DNA of 49,138 nucleotides, from assembly GCA_964016885.1 (NCBI GenBank), contig CAXHJY010000459.1, forward strand, positions 1-49,138, written 5' to 3'. The notes beneath the pieces were generated by a model, which made no database searches, was not told where the DNA came from, and saw only the letters and a program-made list of their open reading frames with translations. The stretch comes from Eledone cirrhosa (lineage: Eukaryota). Numbering within the stretch: position 1 is the first letter of the stretch; each line of letters opens with the position of its first letter. Positions 1 to 28,430 of this stretch are shown here, one piece after another. The translations under genes and the position numbers were made by a program.

Positions 1-116
1 CTTCTCGAATGGGCCATGGTGCCCAAATCCTGAATTGAAAGACTTCGCCAGGTGGTGCTATTAAGTTAGACATGGCCTGGGCCAATACTGGCCAAACATT
101 TCAAAGTTATTCAAAG

Positions 117-16053
<15,937 letters not shown>

Positions 16054-16057
<4 letters not shown>

Positions 16058-16360
16058 GAAGGTTAAAAAACACTTGTGGATTATGCAGTTTTAAATCAAC
16101 ATATATATTGATTTAAAACTGCACTATTCACAAGTGTGTTTTAACCTTCATATCATGTCTCCCTATTTTATCTGACGAAAACGCAAATGTTATTGCATGA
16201 TGATATTTGTTTTTGAAATGCGAATAATAAAATACATGGAACTCCTTTAACCATCTTTTGATCTTATATATTATTTATACTCCAGTCCTACAAACTGTAG
16301 AGTGCTACTTATCCGATATCTGCATTGCTTTATTGTACTACAATAAAACTCACCTCCTAC
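16054..16360 (+). mobile_element. Small element in (TA)n context: 100-bp inverted repeat followed by a hammerhead motif; probable Penelope-like pseudo-LTR or retrozyme-like fragment
   Basis: Palindrome 16054-16153, hammerhead core 16164-16234, (TA)n/TACATGTG repeat resumes at 16358. Family assignment is inferred from the known association of minimal type I hammerheads with Penelope-like elements; no coding sequence is present. Confidence 0.6.
16164..16234 (+). ncRNA. Type I hammerhead ribozyme motif, predicted cleavage after 16226 (AUA)
   Basis: Stem I TATTTTAT (16164-71) with ATAAAATA (16227-34); core CTGACGA (16172-78); stem II 16179-94 with 16199-214 (15 of 16 pairs incl. G-U); GAAA (16215-18); 2-bp stem III closed by GCGA; UH = TA (16225-26). 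Confidence 0.8.
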
Positions 16361-16370
16361 ATATATATAC

Positions 16371-16403
<33 letters not shown>

Positions 16404-16764
16404 CACAAATGATGGATCAAAACATCAAACATGTTAGAACTCTGTGTTTCTCAATAAGCGAGGTCAATAGACATTATCTAGAGCCTTAATGAAAAAAAGG
16501 TAGATGTAAAATGCGGCGAAAGCTTCTATTTCTACTAAATTTCAAAACAAACTTACAAAGCATATATTTCAAAGAAAAATATGTACTCCAGATAGAAATA
16601 TATATATATATTGTTATGTAATATTTAAATACATTTTAACATGTTTTATTGAAAGGAAACTGGACATTACGGCAGACGACAGCGGGTGGTTTATGAATAA
16701 ATATCAATACAGACCGGTAGTGATGTATAAAATCAATGAAGGTCGATAGTTAATGTATAAAATC

Positions 16765-16854
16765 ATTTTAAAACAAAATAATAAAGTATATACAGCAATG
16801 TTGTGTTATTTTAAAACAAAATAATAAAGTATATACAGCAATGTTGTGTTATTT
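16765..16854. repeat. Perfect 43-bp tandem duplication
   Basis: ATTTTAAAACAAAATAATAAAGTATATACAGCAATGTTGTGTT occurs twice in tandem. Confidence 0.95.
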
Positions 16855-17150
16855 ACCTGTCTTTTCGTGCATATAGTTCCAATTTCTGACATAGCTTAAC
16901 TATATCTGTCTTAAGTAAAATACCTACATAAACAATAATGGACTCTACCGCACGTGTGTTAAAGTACAGCACTGTGTAATGCCTATTAGCAATTTATAGG
17001 GGTGGATAATTTGACATTCGTCGTTCTTCGAGTAAAGTCTTGACTTCTGGTTCCAATTAACGACTTAGGCTGGGGTATCCCTCGTATACGTATTCTGTTG
17101 ACAATATAAACATCTCTCTCAAGTTGACTATCTATCTCTTATATCTCTTA

Positions 17151-17584
17151 TGGTGGACGAGGTTGAGAGGACTGAGGACAGGTGCCTTTCTCTCCGGACA
17201 ACAATTGATTCCCTTCTTTAAGTATCACTTTAGAAGGAGAATCAGGGTGGAGAGAGAGGCACTGCACCCCAGTAAATTTACTGAAAGGTGGGTGAATGAA
17301 GCGAAAATAGCCCGAGTGATTGGGCCTTCTCTGTTTATAAGCCTGTAGGTTGAGGAAGAGAGTAAAAGGAAGAAAGGAACACTTGCACAACACGCTCCTG
17401 GAGTTGAGGGTTGTTCTATCGACGGGGTATTAAACAACCCATTTGTGGCGCCTCCCCCCTATTGGGGATTTCGATTGTTGTAATTGTTTGTTTTTATATT
17501 TTTTACACGACTGTATGTAAAATCAACGGCATGTCTTTGTATTGTCCCCTTTTCTTGTGCGCCCTTGTGGCAAATAAAGAAATA
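17151..17584 (+). mobile_element. 5'-truncated non-LTR retrotransposon 3' end, Tx1/L1-like
   Basis: GC-richer block; frame WWTRLRG...FFKYHFRRRIRVERE...KFTERWV resembles Tx1/L1 ORF2 C-termini, stop at 17348; 3' UTR ends AATAAAGAAAT; candidate TSD TATCTATCTCT at 17129-39 and 17585-95. Confidence 0.6.
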
Positions 17585-18879
17585 TATCTATCTCTGTATA
17601 CATATTTATACATGCAGGGGCCTTGTTTGCCTTAAAAATGTGAGGGGGAGAAACCAACATTTGTTGATTTTTAAAGGAGCATAATTTGCTTATGGTGCCT
17701 TTCCCGGACCCTATCACATAAATAAAATTTTACGCTAATTAAATTTTATATATTCAAATGAAATTCAGATATAAAAAAAATATGCTTAAAAGAATTTATT
17801 ATATCAAATAAACAACAAAAAACAAGAGATGGTTTGTCCCCCTCCCCCGTTCCTGAAAAAGTGTGTGTGGGGACTTATCCCCTGAAACACACACAACTAT
17901 TTGTATATGTGCTACATTTTATGTACATGTTATGTTAATCGCATATCGAAGGTTTTAATATCTTTGTTGATATTTGATAACAGCTAAACTAATCACTACA
18001 ACTAAATTAACCAGATTGCCCCCACCCCACAATTCAGAAGTGGTTCCACCGCCCCTGTATATATAGACATAAATATTATATTTGGAGAATAAAAACAATA
18101 TCGATCTATCTACTTCACTAATCTGTGTCTATGTATTATCTACTTCTCTATCTATCATAACTTTACAGCCAATATGTATTGAGAAAGGCGAAGAGTTGTT
18201 ACGTCTGTCTTTCCCTTTTGCTATGTCATGTCTGGCAGAGGTTCGTTAGTCCACCCCTTTCGCCTGATTGTTGTTGTATGTGGTCCACCATGAGTGTATT
18301 ACCTGCTTTTCTTTTTTTTTTTTATTTGTAAATTTATTTATCCAACTGTAAATAAAACACAATAATAGTTTCGATTGAGAATTGAAGAGTTCCACGAGTT
18401 TATATTATCAAAACCATATAACTAAAACTAGACGTAGTTTAGTTGATTTCTCTAATAATCCAGTTTTATATCACAGCCATTTTTCTCACACCGTATTCGT
18501 CTTGTACTTCTGTTTCAATGCTAACATGGACGGAATGGGGTTTTTATAAAGCTAATTAAACGTAAATAAAACCAGTTGGGCTAACACGATCCAAGACTTC
18601 AAATAAACTACAGATGCTAATATGTTTTGGTTTAACCGTCAGGCAGTGCCGGATTTAGGACAAATGAGGCCCCTTGATAAACATTTGAAAAATTCATGGG
18701 GTGAGGGTGGGGGCACAGGCATTATGTAAATACCAGTTACATACGATACAACAGAACAGCAGTTCTTAAACTGTGATACATGGACCCTTGGGAGTTGGTG
18801 AGTTTGTTGAATGACCAGCCTGAGGTCTGCAGAAATATCCATTTAAATAAACAGAAATCTTAAGCATGAAAAACCAGTA

Positions 18880-19170
18880 TTCTAGCTATCTATACTGACT
18901 ACCAGGTTACATATCTGTCTTTACAAATGTCCTCCAAAAATCTCTATCCACTTTTAACACCCTGATCTCTCCCACATATCTAGCTGTCATCTACCATGTC
19001 CTCCAAAGCTCTCTATCCACCTCTAACACCCTGATCTCTCCCACACTATCTAGCTATGTCACCCATGTCCTCCAAAACTCTCTATCCACCTGATCTCTCC
19101 CACACTATCTAGCTATATCACTCATGTCCTCCAAAACTCTCTATCCACCTCTAACACCCTGATCTCTCTC
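18880..19170. repeat. Diverged minisatellite, ~55-70-bp unit, about 4 copies
   Basis: Recurring ATGTCCTCCAAA.CTCTCTATCCACCT(CTAACACC)CTGATCTCTCCCACA. Confidence 0.9.
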
Positions 19171-19445
19171 TCACAGTATATTTTCTGGCAAGTTATTAAT
19201 ACCATTTCTTTTCCTTCTACCAGTGTTTATATATCCATCTGATTGTTCCCACAGAACAAGATCACTTGTTATCTCCTCGTGGTGACAAACACAGTGACCT
19301 ACAAGCTTATATTTTCTGTTATTGGTGGAAGCTGGTGAGTTTCTGTTTCCATAAACCCCGATGTTCAACATTCTTGTATAGCAGCCATCAATTCTGTTCT
19401 AGTTTCTTTGTTATGCTCCATGCTTCTGATCCAAACTTCAGTTAC
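19171..19445 (-). mobile_element. Decayed LINE ORF2 C-terminal fragment (RTE group)
   Basis: ORF 19171..19371 reads YG...KLVGHCVCHHEEITSDLVLWEQ.DG...GRRK, matching the post-RT GH..R...W...G.R..GR pattern. Confidence 0.65.
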
Positions 19446-19461
19446 AATAAAAGGCCTTTAA

Positions 19462-19659
19462 CCCTTTAGCATTTAAACTGGTCATAACCGGCCAGAATTC
19501 TCTCACCTCTTTCTGTTCTAACCGGCCACTCATACTTATGTCAAGGTATTGTTCTCAAAATAAATAATATCAAAACCTCGTAGATTCGATATTATGTGAG
19601 ATAAAACCTTTACTGCAAAAATATAATAGTTTATATAGAATAATGTAAATGCTAAAGGG
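19462..19659 (+). mobile_element. TTAA-flanked MITE family A (piggyBac/Kolobok-type target site), full copy, 198 bp
   Basis: TIR CCCTTTAGCATTTA...TAAATGCTAAAGGG, TTAA on both sides; four more copies in the window. Confidence 0.9.
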
Positions 19660-20319
19660 TTAAGCCTTCTACACATTCACAATGTCCTTAAATTGTTTTT
19701 AGAAAAAAATTGGCTCATCTATTTAACACAACATAAGTAAAATACCAACAGTGAATTCATTTTTACGAGATGACATTTTTTTATGCTAACCATTCTACTG
19801 TGACCTCACTGGGGGCCATCAGTACATGGCCCCCCATTTGCTCACAATAGTGAAAGATGGGGAGAGCAGGAGGCAGTGACAGTGGAAGTTTGGTCCTTTT
19901 GTGTTCAGACCTGGTGTATATATGTGAATATAAGAGAGAATGAGATTAAAAGCCTTTTCCTGTAAATGGAATTATATTTTCTACCCGATTCTAACTATAC
20001 AGGCAGAATATAGCACATTATCTAACATACAACTTAAATGTAAACAACTGTTCTAGCTTTACTCTAAGTGAGTAACAACAAAACAGTTATAGTAACATTT
20101 GATGTCCATATGGTTAACAGCTTATCTCAATATCAATATATCTTACTATCAACAATAATGTTTTTTCAAGGTTATTTTATTTAATTTTTTCCATACTTAG
20201 ACAATAGCCTTTCATTACAATACCGACATAATGGAGATGACAGGTTATTGTTTAAACAGCCAACAATTCAAATTTTACAACCATTATACTGAATCCACAT
20301 GACACTGCTCATTCTCCCA

Positions 20320-20600
20320 GAAGCACCCAGCCCACCCTGTAAAGTGGTAGTAGTGGTGCCACAGCAAAACTCACTCAGCCCACCCTGTAAGGAGGTAGTA
20401 CTAGTGCCATGACCAAAAACACACAAGGTGGTAGTGCTGGTGCCACAACCAAAAACACTCAGTAAGGTGGTAGTACTGGTGCCATGACCAAAAGCACCCA
20501 GTAAGGTGGTAGTGCTGGTGTCACAACAAAATTCACTCAGTCTACCTTGTAAGGCAGTAGTGCTGGTGCCACAAGAAAAACCACCCAATCCACCATATAA
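20320..20600 (+). repeat. Decayed array of the RTE 3'-UTR repeat unit (about 6-7 copies)
   Basis: Recurring CACCCAG..CACCCTGTAAGGTGGTAGTGCTGGTGCCAC..CAAAA, the same unit as in the RTE tails at 28600-28700 and 35190-35470. Confidence 0.8.
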
Positions 20601-20604
20601 GAGA

Positions 20605-20783
20605 TTTAGTAATATATCGAATTTTCTCATTATTAAACTGGTGTTTGGAACATGACTTAAAAGTTCTTACATAAAATTGATAGTTTTTTTTTGTTTAAAA
20701 AAAAATACAAGCACTTAAAACCAAACAGTTTAGTATCAGAAAACCAGGAGTGATTTTATGCTTTCTGGTATGAACAGATTTAA
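20605..20783 (-). mobile_element. Fragment of TTAA MITE family B
   Basis: Reverse complement ATGTTCCAAACACCAGTTTAATAATGAGAAA matches ATGTTCCAGACACTAGGTTAATAATAAGAAA at 22486. Confidence 0.55.
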
Positions 20784-21639
20784 GAGGAAGGTGGAGGGTG
20801 TCAGGATGACCGTGACACTCACATCACTTTGGAACTGATGATGACGAGAGATGGTAAACCTTGTTTTATCAAACTCAATAAACAAACATGCACTTCGAAG
20901 TTACATCAAGATTCTTGAATATTAATCAGCTACAATAGACAAAAACCACAGTAAATAAACATTTCCGTGTTTTTTTTTGTTGGTAAATTATTTTTAATAT
21001 ATATTTTTTAATCACTATTTTGTTACAAAAACCCAAAAAGTCAACCAAAGAACGACCAATCATCAGCAACATCAGATTCTTTACACATACAGACACACAC
21101 ACAAAACTCATACAAGTAACCCAAATAGTTTGATAAAACATGCAGTACATTATAATAATGACTTGGTACAAACAAACATGCATACATTACAGATCAGCAT
21201 AAAAATAAAAAATAAAAAATAAAAAATGAAAAATATAAATAAAAATAAAGATCAATAATAAACATTGTAATATAGTATAATTTGTTTTGTTGTTGTTTGT
21301 CATTTTTATTCAATCATTTATAGGTTGATTTTGAGTTGACAATCCATTCATTAGCCTAGCCGCCAGCAACTCAGTTTTAGAACCACACTTTCAGACATGA
21401 CTATTTAAACAATTTAAAGAGCAGATGTCATTTCCAAGCTTTCCAGCCCCCAGAATAAACAATAGAAAATAAGAATAAAAACATGTTGAACATACATCCA
21501 AACACAAAACAACACACTCACAGACAAATCACAACACACACATACACAAATACATGTAGACCTGGATGTTTTTTTTTTCCATGTGAAGAAAGGAAAAGAT
21601 ATGACTCAATGACATTATACGTATATATGTGTTATATAT

Positions 21640-21762
21640 ATGTTATATATCCAAAATCCAGGGCCTTCTTGTGCCTGTTGGAGGAAGCCTTCCCTAGTTG
21701 ACCTTCAACACGCACCGCTTCCTGTCTCTGGCCATGTGGGGCCGAGGTATCGGGTCAGATCA
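21640..21762 (-). mobile_element. Short LINE 3'-end fragment
   Basis: GC-rich island; minus strand reads MARDRKRC, similar to the terminal A.DR..W motif of RTE-group ORF2. Confidence 0.35.
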
Positions 21763-22149
21763 TATACGTTATATATATATATAAATTATGTGTGTGTATG
21801 TAGGAGTGTGTGTGTATATATATATATATATATTTAGTGAGAAAAATTGATATCTATGTTAATGATTCATTAAGATCCACTACCAAGTCTTTCCTTCAGT
21901 TTAGTTTAGTGAAATTTACTACATCCATCAACCAACAACCCCCATCTCTTCTTCCTACATGTATTGACTACATGTTCTGTGAGAACAGTGAAATCTATCA
22001 AGAAAGCCACCTCTTAATGTTTCATTCATCACCTGAATCATCATTTTCAAGCATGATCTAGTTTCTATCACTTGCTAGAGGGGGAAGAAAAAGTGTTTTA
22101 TTTTCTACTCAGAAATCTTTTAAAAAACAAACATCTTTGCCCTCTTTAA

Positions 22150-22634
22150 GCCTTTTGATACCAAACTGCTTGAAAACTACCGTAGTTGTACAACACAAAA
22201 CTGCATATACTAAAGTGTTTATATTTATCTAAAAACCTCCCATCATAATTCTATTTAAGAACTTTTGTTAACCCATTAGCATTTAAACCAGCTGTATCCG
22301 GCCACAATTCTCTCAACTCTTTCTGTTCAAACCAGTTGTAACTTGCTACTCATACTGATGTTAAGGTATTGTTCTAAAAAAAATAATATCAAAGTCTCAT
22401 AGATTTGATATTATGTGAGATAAAGCCTTTACCATGAAAATACAATAGTATATATAGAGTAACGTAAATGCTAAACAGTTAAATTATGTTCCAGACACTA
22501 GGTTAATAATAAGAAAGTTAGTTACATTAATTACTAATTCCTTCCAAATTCTTGATTATTTCCAAAATTATTTGAAAATCACAGGTAATGGATTTCATGA
22601 GAAATATAGTAAAAAAAAAAAAAAAAGGGGGGGG
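22150..22634 (+). mobile_element. Old TTAA MITE family B copy hosting a nested family A MITE
   Basis: Left end TTAA|GCCTTTTGATACCA, right end TAGTAAAA...AAGGG|TTAA (degenerate TIR, expanded homopolymers). Confidence 0.6.
22272..22478 (+). mobile_element. TTAA MITE family A copy (nested)
   Basis: CCCATTAGCATTTA...TAAATGCTAAACAG with TTAA on both sides; interior matches 19462-19659. Confidence 0.9.
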
Positions 22635-23557
22635 TTAAATAAGCAGTAGATATGATCGTTGCAAAGATTTCTGCACAATCAACAAATAATTACAATCATA
22701 ATCAGATTACCAGCAGTAAAGTGTGGCTACCTATACACAGTTCTAACTTTGATATATTTGATTATTCATATAATTAAATATTTTTCATTTTATTTTGAGG
22801 ATGAGTGTGGGGTGGTTCTAAAGTAACCGATGATTAAGAAGCTAGAAATAGACTGATTTTAATTGGGCTGGGGTGCTGTTTTTTCATTAAAAAAACAAAA
22901 AAACAACTAGTAAATGAAGACAAATTTTTGTTTTTGATTGGCTAAAACTGACCAACCCCCACACTGCTTCACTGCTATCAAAGCAGCGCCAAATACAAGA
23001 TTATTGCTTCCTTTCACTCATTAAATTGGTTAATCTTAAAAATGAATAAATAAATATATAAAATAAATAATTAATTATGAAAGTCAGAACAAAGGCTTTT
23101 ACAGTAAATGATATTTTTTGTTTTTTTTTCCATTTTCTTTTGTTTTTAATGAGAAGGATAAAGCTTTGGCGTAATAAAATACATGGATAGAGAAGTTAGA
23201 AGCTGCTAGGTAACTGACCTACATGCTAAATATATAAACCAACAGAAGTTTGATGAGACCTAGCAGGGTCTAACTTACAAAAAACACACTAAATTATAAA
23301 TATCCTCTACTAATTTTTCTTCCCATTAACTATAGTTTGTTTTTTTGGTCCCCAAAAAGTTACCATAGTAACAATGCTAGAGTATGACTTATTCACAAAA
23401 TTCTTAGAATATTGTAGAAAATGTGACAAATGAAGGCAACAGAGAAAAAAACAAACAGAAAAAAAAAAAACAGAGGGGTTTAATGACATGAAGATGTTCA
23501 TAATCCAAACTTCCAAAGATGACCACCTAATGAAAAACAGGAGGAAATACAAAAAAA

Positions 23558-23620
<63 letters not shown>

Positions 23621-23751
23621 TTAACAAAAGATAATTTTAAAAAACAATAAGCAAAGATGGATTTTGCTTGAAAGCTGGTTAACAAAGAAAAAATAATTAC
23701 AGCTCTAATTTCACATTATGTAACTTAAATTAATTAATTTATTATCATTAT

Positions 23752-23983
23752 TATCAATAATAATAATGATTTCTACTATAGGCGCAAGGCCAGCAGATTA
23801 GGGGGAGGAGAAAGTCGATTAAATCGACCCCAGTGCATTACTGGTAGTTTATTTTATCAACCCTGTAAAGATGAAAGGCAAAGCTAACCTCAGCAGGATT
23901 TGAACCCAGAACGCAAAGGGCCGTAACTCTATGCTGCAAAGCAGCGTGTCCGACGCTCTACTGATATTGCCAATCCACCACCC
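23752..23983 (-). mobile_element. tRNA-derived SINE with Deu/Nin-like central domain
   Basis: B box GGTTCAAATCC, then TTTGCCTTTCATC...GATAAAATAAACTACCAG and an (ATT)n tail; similar copy at 40213-40400. Confidence 0.8.
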
Positions 23984-24284
23984 TATATTATTATTATTAT
24001 TATTATTAATAATAATAAAAATGAAATGTATGCAGTTGAAAAATATTAACAGAAATAATATGTCTATTGAGAGAGAGAGAGAGGGAGAGAGAGAGAGGGA
24101 GAGAGAGAGAGAGAGAGGAGGAAGAAAGAAAAGTTGATAACCTAGACAAATATGAATGTTGCTGAAATTATACAAATTATCCCAAAAGAAAAAGAAAAGC
24201 AATCAACAAGTTATTCCAATTCATTAATTAATGTTCAATGTGTAGAAAACTGTTGCTGATGTTGATTTTTAACAAATAAAATGT

Positions 24285-24342
<58 letters not shown>

Positions 24343-25636
24343 AAATAGAAGCTTCCGCCATATTTTTGAACCTCACTTATCAGGCTAATTTTCTTACGCT
24401 GAAAGCTTCTAATTAAAACTAAATTTCAAACGTCGCTCACCATCTTCAAAACAAAACGCTTGCTTTGTTAATAAATATATACACACATACACACACATAA
24501 TGTGTATATATATATATATATATACACACAAATTATGTATGTAGGTATAGATGTGTGTATGCATATATATATATAAATATACATACACACACACACAAAT
24601 TTATATATGTATGTCTGTATAGATAAAAGTATGTGTGTATGTATATATATATATATATATATAAAGATATACATATATGTGCGTATGTGTGTATATGTAT
24701 GATATAATGCACCAAAAAAGAAACATCCATATGTATCCACCACAACCAGCTTCTGTTCCCTCGAAATAATTTTTTTTCCTTCCCTTTAACGGGCAATTTT
24801 TTTTTTTTTCCAATATTATAATTTTTTTTCTTTTTAATATTTTGGTTTATTTTTGAAACAGTTCAAACCATTTTTGTTAAGTGATGTATGAGTGTATATA
24901 TGTATGTATATAAGGGGGTAGCTGTTGTAGAAAGAACTGTGTAAATCTACCTTTATATATCATCATACAGTAAAAAAAAAAAAAAATCATAAAACAAACA
25001 AACAACAGGTGAACTGTGTCAATGGCCAGCAAACACAATAGCAGATATTTAGTCTAATTTACTCCCAGAAATATTTTAATTCAGCACTTTTTGTCTTCAT
25101 TTTATTGCAGATAGTTAACTTCTTTTCCATTAAAACTTCTTGGATTATTATATTTTTGTGTATGTTTTCCACCCCTACCCACACTGCTTTGTACCTATTA
25201 ACTTTTTTCTTAGTTCAGTTGACATTTTACAAATTATTTCTTTTATTTGTGTGTATGTATATGTGTATGCATTTGCATGTATACATTATTCCTTATGTAA
25301 GTGTGTATGCCTATGTGTATACATACATTATATCCTATGTATATGTGTGTGTGTATGTGTATGCATACATTATTTCCCTTAAGTCATAATTTGTTTTCTT
25401 GTTTCTCACTTTTGTCCTCAATGTTCAAAAAAAAAAAGAAAAAAAAAAGGAAAAGAAAAAGAAAGGAAAAGACCATCAGAATAGGGAGAGAGAGAGAGAG
25501 GATGATGCCAGAGCTGCTGGCCTGTAGCAGCTGCCATTACAGCCTTATATACAACATGTCTTTGTGGATACTAAGAGTTCCATCACAAAGACATTTTTTT
25601 TCTATGTTCTTATTTTCTTTCACAGCCGACATCACA

Positions 25637-25704
25637 TTAGTCAATTTTTACAGTTGAATAGATCTTTCTCACAAAATAACTTGTGCCTATATAGCCAAAT
25701 GTAC
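25637..25704 (-). CDS. TM9SF3: TM9SF3 last coding exon, 68 nt: (G)TFGYIGTSYFVRKIYSTVKID*
   Basis: TTTCAG acceptor; TAA stop at 25639-25637; C-terminal KxD motif typical of nonaspanins. Confidence 0.97.
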
Positions 25705-26139
25705 CTGAAAAAAGAAAAAATAAGGATATTTTAGAAAAGCATTGCCTGTTACAGTCATTAGAATTTTAAAAAAAAATGTTTATGCAAGTGAATCATGCAA
25801 TCACAGAAGTATATTTCCTTTCCAGAAAGTCATAGCAGTGAATATAACCAAATGGAACAAAGAAAGATATGTGTTGTGATGTAGTACTCCAGCATGTTAA
25901 CCCCATAGCTATTGTGCCACATCATAAGCATTTATATACTGGTGTATATGTGTGTCTGTATACACACACACAAACACACATATATTATCATGTAGGTGTA
26001 TTTAAGTTTCAACTAAGAAATCTGTGTAATAAATAGATTAAGAGGTCTATCATGTTTATACCAGAGACATATTCACATGAAATCTATACTGAGTTTATTG
26101 TATCGTATTGTAATCACTGAGCTGTACTGATTACTTAAA

Positions 26140-26272
26140 AATGGGTGGTGTTAGGAAGGGTATCCAGCTGTAGAAACCAAGCATGATGTGGTCTCCGAAC
26201 CTGAGTTGTCTCATAACACAACAGCCCTTCTACCCATGCAAAATGTGGAAAAATAGACGTTAAATGATAATG
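26140..26272 (+). mobile_element. RTE-type 3' tail fragment
   Basis: GGTGTTAGGAAGGGTATCCAGCTGTAGAAA...CCCATGC...GACGTTAAATGATAATGAT. Confidence 0.75.
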
Positions 26273-26299
26273 ATTTTATATATATAACAACAATATTTA

Positions 26300-26578
26300 T
26301 CACTCATTCTCCATAAACTCGCTCTGATTGATCAACAAGATCCCAGACCTGATTCGCTTGCTGAGTGGGGTGGAACTCGTCAAGTCGGATCAAGGAAACA
26401 ATGTTTCCATTGGTCTTTCTATTGCTGATACTATCTACCAGTTGCAACTCCTGACAGAAGCAGCAACGTGAGATAGAGTGTCTTGTTCAAGAATACAACA
26501 CATCACCCGGCCCGAGAATTGAACTCGCAACCTAAATATTGTGAATCCAACTCTCTAACCACTAAGCCACACACCTTT
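26300..26578 (-). mobile_element. tRNA-derived CORE-like SINE
   Basis: A box TGGCTTAGTGG, B box GAGTTCAATTC, CORE-like TCTTGAACAAGACACT; 3' boundary approximate. Confidence 0.75.
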
Positions 26579-26617
26579 ACACTAAACTAAAAACATTAAT
26601 ATAAAGGTAATACTCAC

Positions 26618-26694
26618 CACACATAATCCCTAGTGCTAAACTGAATAGTGCCATATAACCAAAGTAAAAGGTTGTCTGGAACAGCCCATACATC
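26618..26694 (-). CDS. TM9SF3: TM9SF3 exon, 77 nt: (K)[25 protein letters not shown](G)
   Basis: TTCAG acceptor, GTGAG donor; motif QTxFYFGY. Confidence 0.96.
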
Positions 26695-26899
26695 CTGAAG
26701 AGACAAAATTCAATTGTATAACACCAACTCAAATTTATATTACAACACAAATCATAAACAAAAGGAAAGTTAAATACACATTTAGCTGAAATAATCTCAC
26801 TATAGTATAGCTATATAATTTTAGATTTTGCAGAAGATATATATATATATATAAATAGTTATGTCAAGGACATGACAGCCTCTCTGGTGCTGATGATCT

Positions 26900-27172
26900 A
26901 CACAATAAAAACACCCAGTACATGCCTTAAAGTGGATGGTGATAGAAAGAGCATTCAGTCATAGAAAGCTTGCCAAACGAGAGGTTGGGAGGAGACCTTC
27001 AGTTTGTGTAAAAAAATACAACTTCTCTGCACTCAATATGACCGTACTTAAGTGGGAATCAGACACTTTGGCCTGTCTGAGAGGCCAGTAACCCCGCTTC
27101 AGTACTGACATGGTCTATGTAGACCCGTCCAACCCTTCCTAGTAGGGAAAGCAGATGTTAAATGATGATGAT
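26900..27172 (+). mobile_element. Diverged RTE-tail element
   Basis: CACCCAGTAC...AAAGTGG...CCCGTCCAACCC...GATGTTAAATGATGATG. Confidence 0.65.
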
Positions 27173-27219
27173 ATGCATAAGTTGAACAATGAAAACAAAA
27201 GGCAAAGATGAGTGTCTAA

Positions 27220-27352
27220 CCCTTTGGCATTTAAACCAGCCAGAATTATCTCACCTCTTTCTGTTCAAACCGGCCATAACCAACCATTCGTACCAATGTT
27301 AAGGTATTGTTCTCAAAATAAATAACATCAAAATAATGAAAATGCTAAAGGG
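27220..27352 (+). mobile_element. MITE family A, internally deleted copy
   Basis: CCCTTTGGCATTTA...AAATGCTAAAGGG; interior matches other copies; TSD degenerate. Confidence 0.85.
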
Positions 27353-28092
27353 TCAATCAGTTCATTGTTTTACGATCATTTCAAGAGGTTGATTCATCAT
27401 TGATAAATCAATATGATGACTAATTGATAGTAGTTGTGTAACTGCATATTATTAGTCAAGATACTCCATATCCATCTAACCATCTTCCTCCTTGTTGGAA
27501 CTATTGCTTCAGGACTACATGGAGTTCTAACAATGTGACTGGCCCTACCATAAACAGGTAGATGCCAATATTAATGCACTGAAAGCATAGCGATTTCCAG
27601 AGGTAGACTGAGGAGATGGGACTGTCCACTTTTCCAATTGTCTTTGTCCTGTGCAACCCTAATTTTAAATATATATACTCCTGGATGAAAATGTATTAAT
27701 TTTTCACATTGAGTGCTTTGTGACTGCCTCAAACAATTCAACTAGTATTTGCTATGCTCATTATCATATTTAATTTTGTCAATGAAATTACTAGAAAGAA
27801 GATCTTATGGTGGCCTCTTATTATAAAAGCATCTAATATGGACCAGTTTAACTCATGTTAAAGATCCAAGACAAAAGAAACCACTGGGAATTGGGGAAGA
27901 CCATGATTATGATGTCATATATTAGGGTGGTGGATTAGCAGTATTGATAAAGCGTTAGACAACATGCTTTGCAGGATATAGTAACGTCCCTTTATGTTCC
28001 GAGTTTCATTGACAAAATTAAATATGATAATGAATATATCATTACGACAGCTAAGCTAAAACAACAATAGGAAAAAGTAAACAAATACTTAC

Positions 28093-28176
28093 TTTGTTTT
28101 GAAAAAGAAATAGTAAAAAGAGTAGAGATAAACATAACTTGATGTAGAAGCCCCAGCCAGGAAACTGGTCCACTGC
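28093..28176 (-). CDS. TM9SF3: TM9SF3 exon, 84 nt: (W)[27 protein letters not shown](K)
   Basis: GCAG acceptor, GTAAG donor, phase 2-2. Confidence 0.96.
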
Positions 28177-28430
28177 CTGCAATATACAAAACATTATTAG
28201 GATTAGTAAACTCAATATATATATTATAGAAGAGCACCACTTGTCATCACCATCATACACCATTTTCTTTCTTTTGAAAAGAAGGTCATAACCCCAAAAT
28301 ATCAGTTTTGATTTGGTTTTCTTACTTTACTCTAGTTTTCACTCTTAGATTTCTAACTTGTGCTGTACCAGCTTTCCCAAAACAATCCTAACCATTATTA
28401 GTAGCATACATGCTACCATAATTCTGTAAT

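Noticed and set aside
17615-18057. Possible hAT-like element with CAGGGGC...GCCCCTG ends
   Set aside because: Only 7 bp of inverted match and no convincing TSD.
23249-23275. Hammerhead-like TTGATGA-GACC...GGTC-TAAC
   Set aside because: Core is wrong at C3 and GAAA, and no stem I or III is evident.
20800-25636. Possible long TM9SF3 3' UTR and poly(A) site
   Set aside because: Several minus-strand AATAAA candidates (e.g. 25101, 24846, 21305) in AT-rich DNA cannot be ranked without transcript data.
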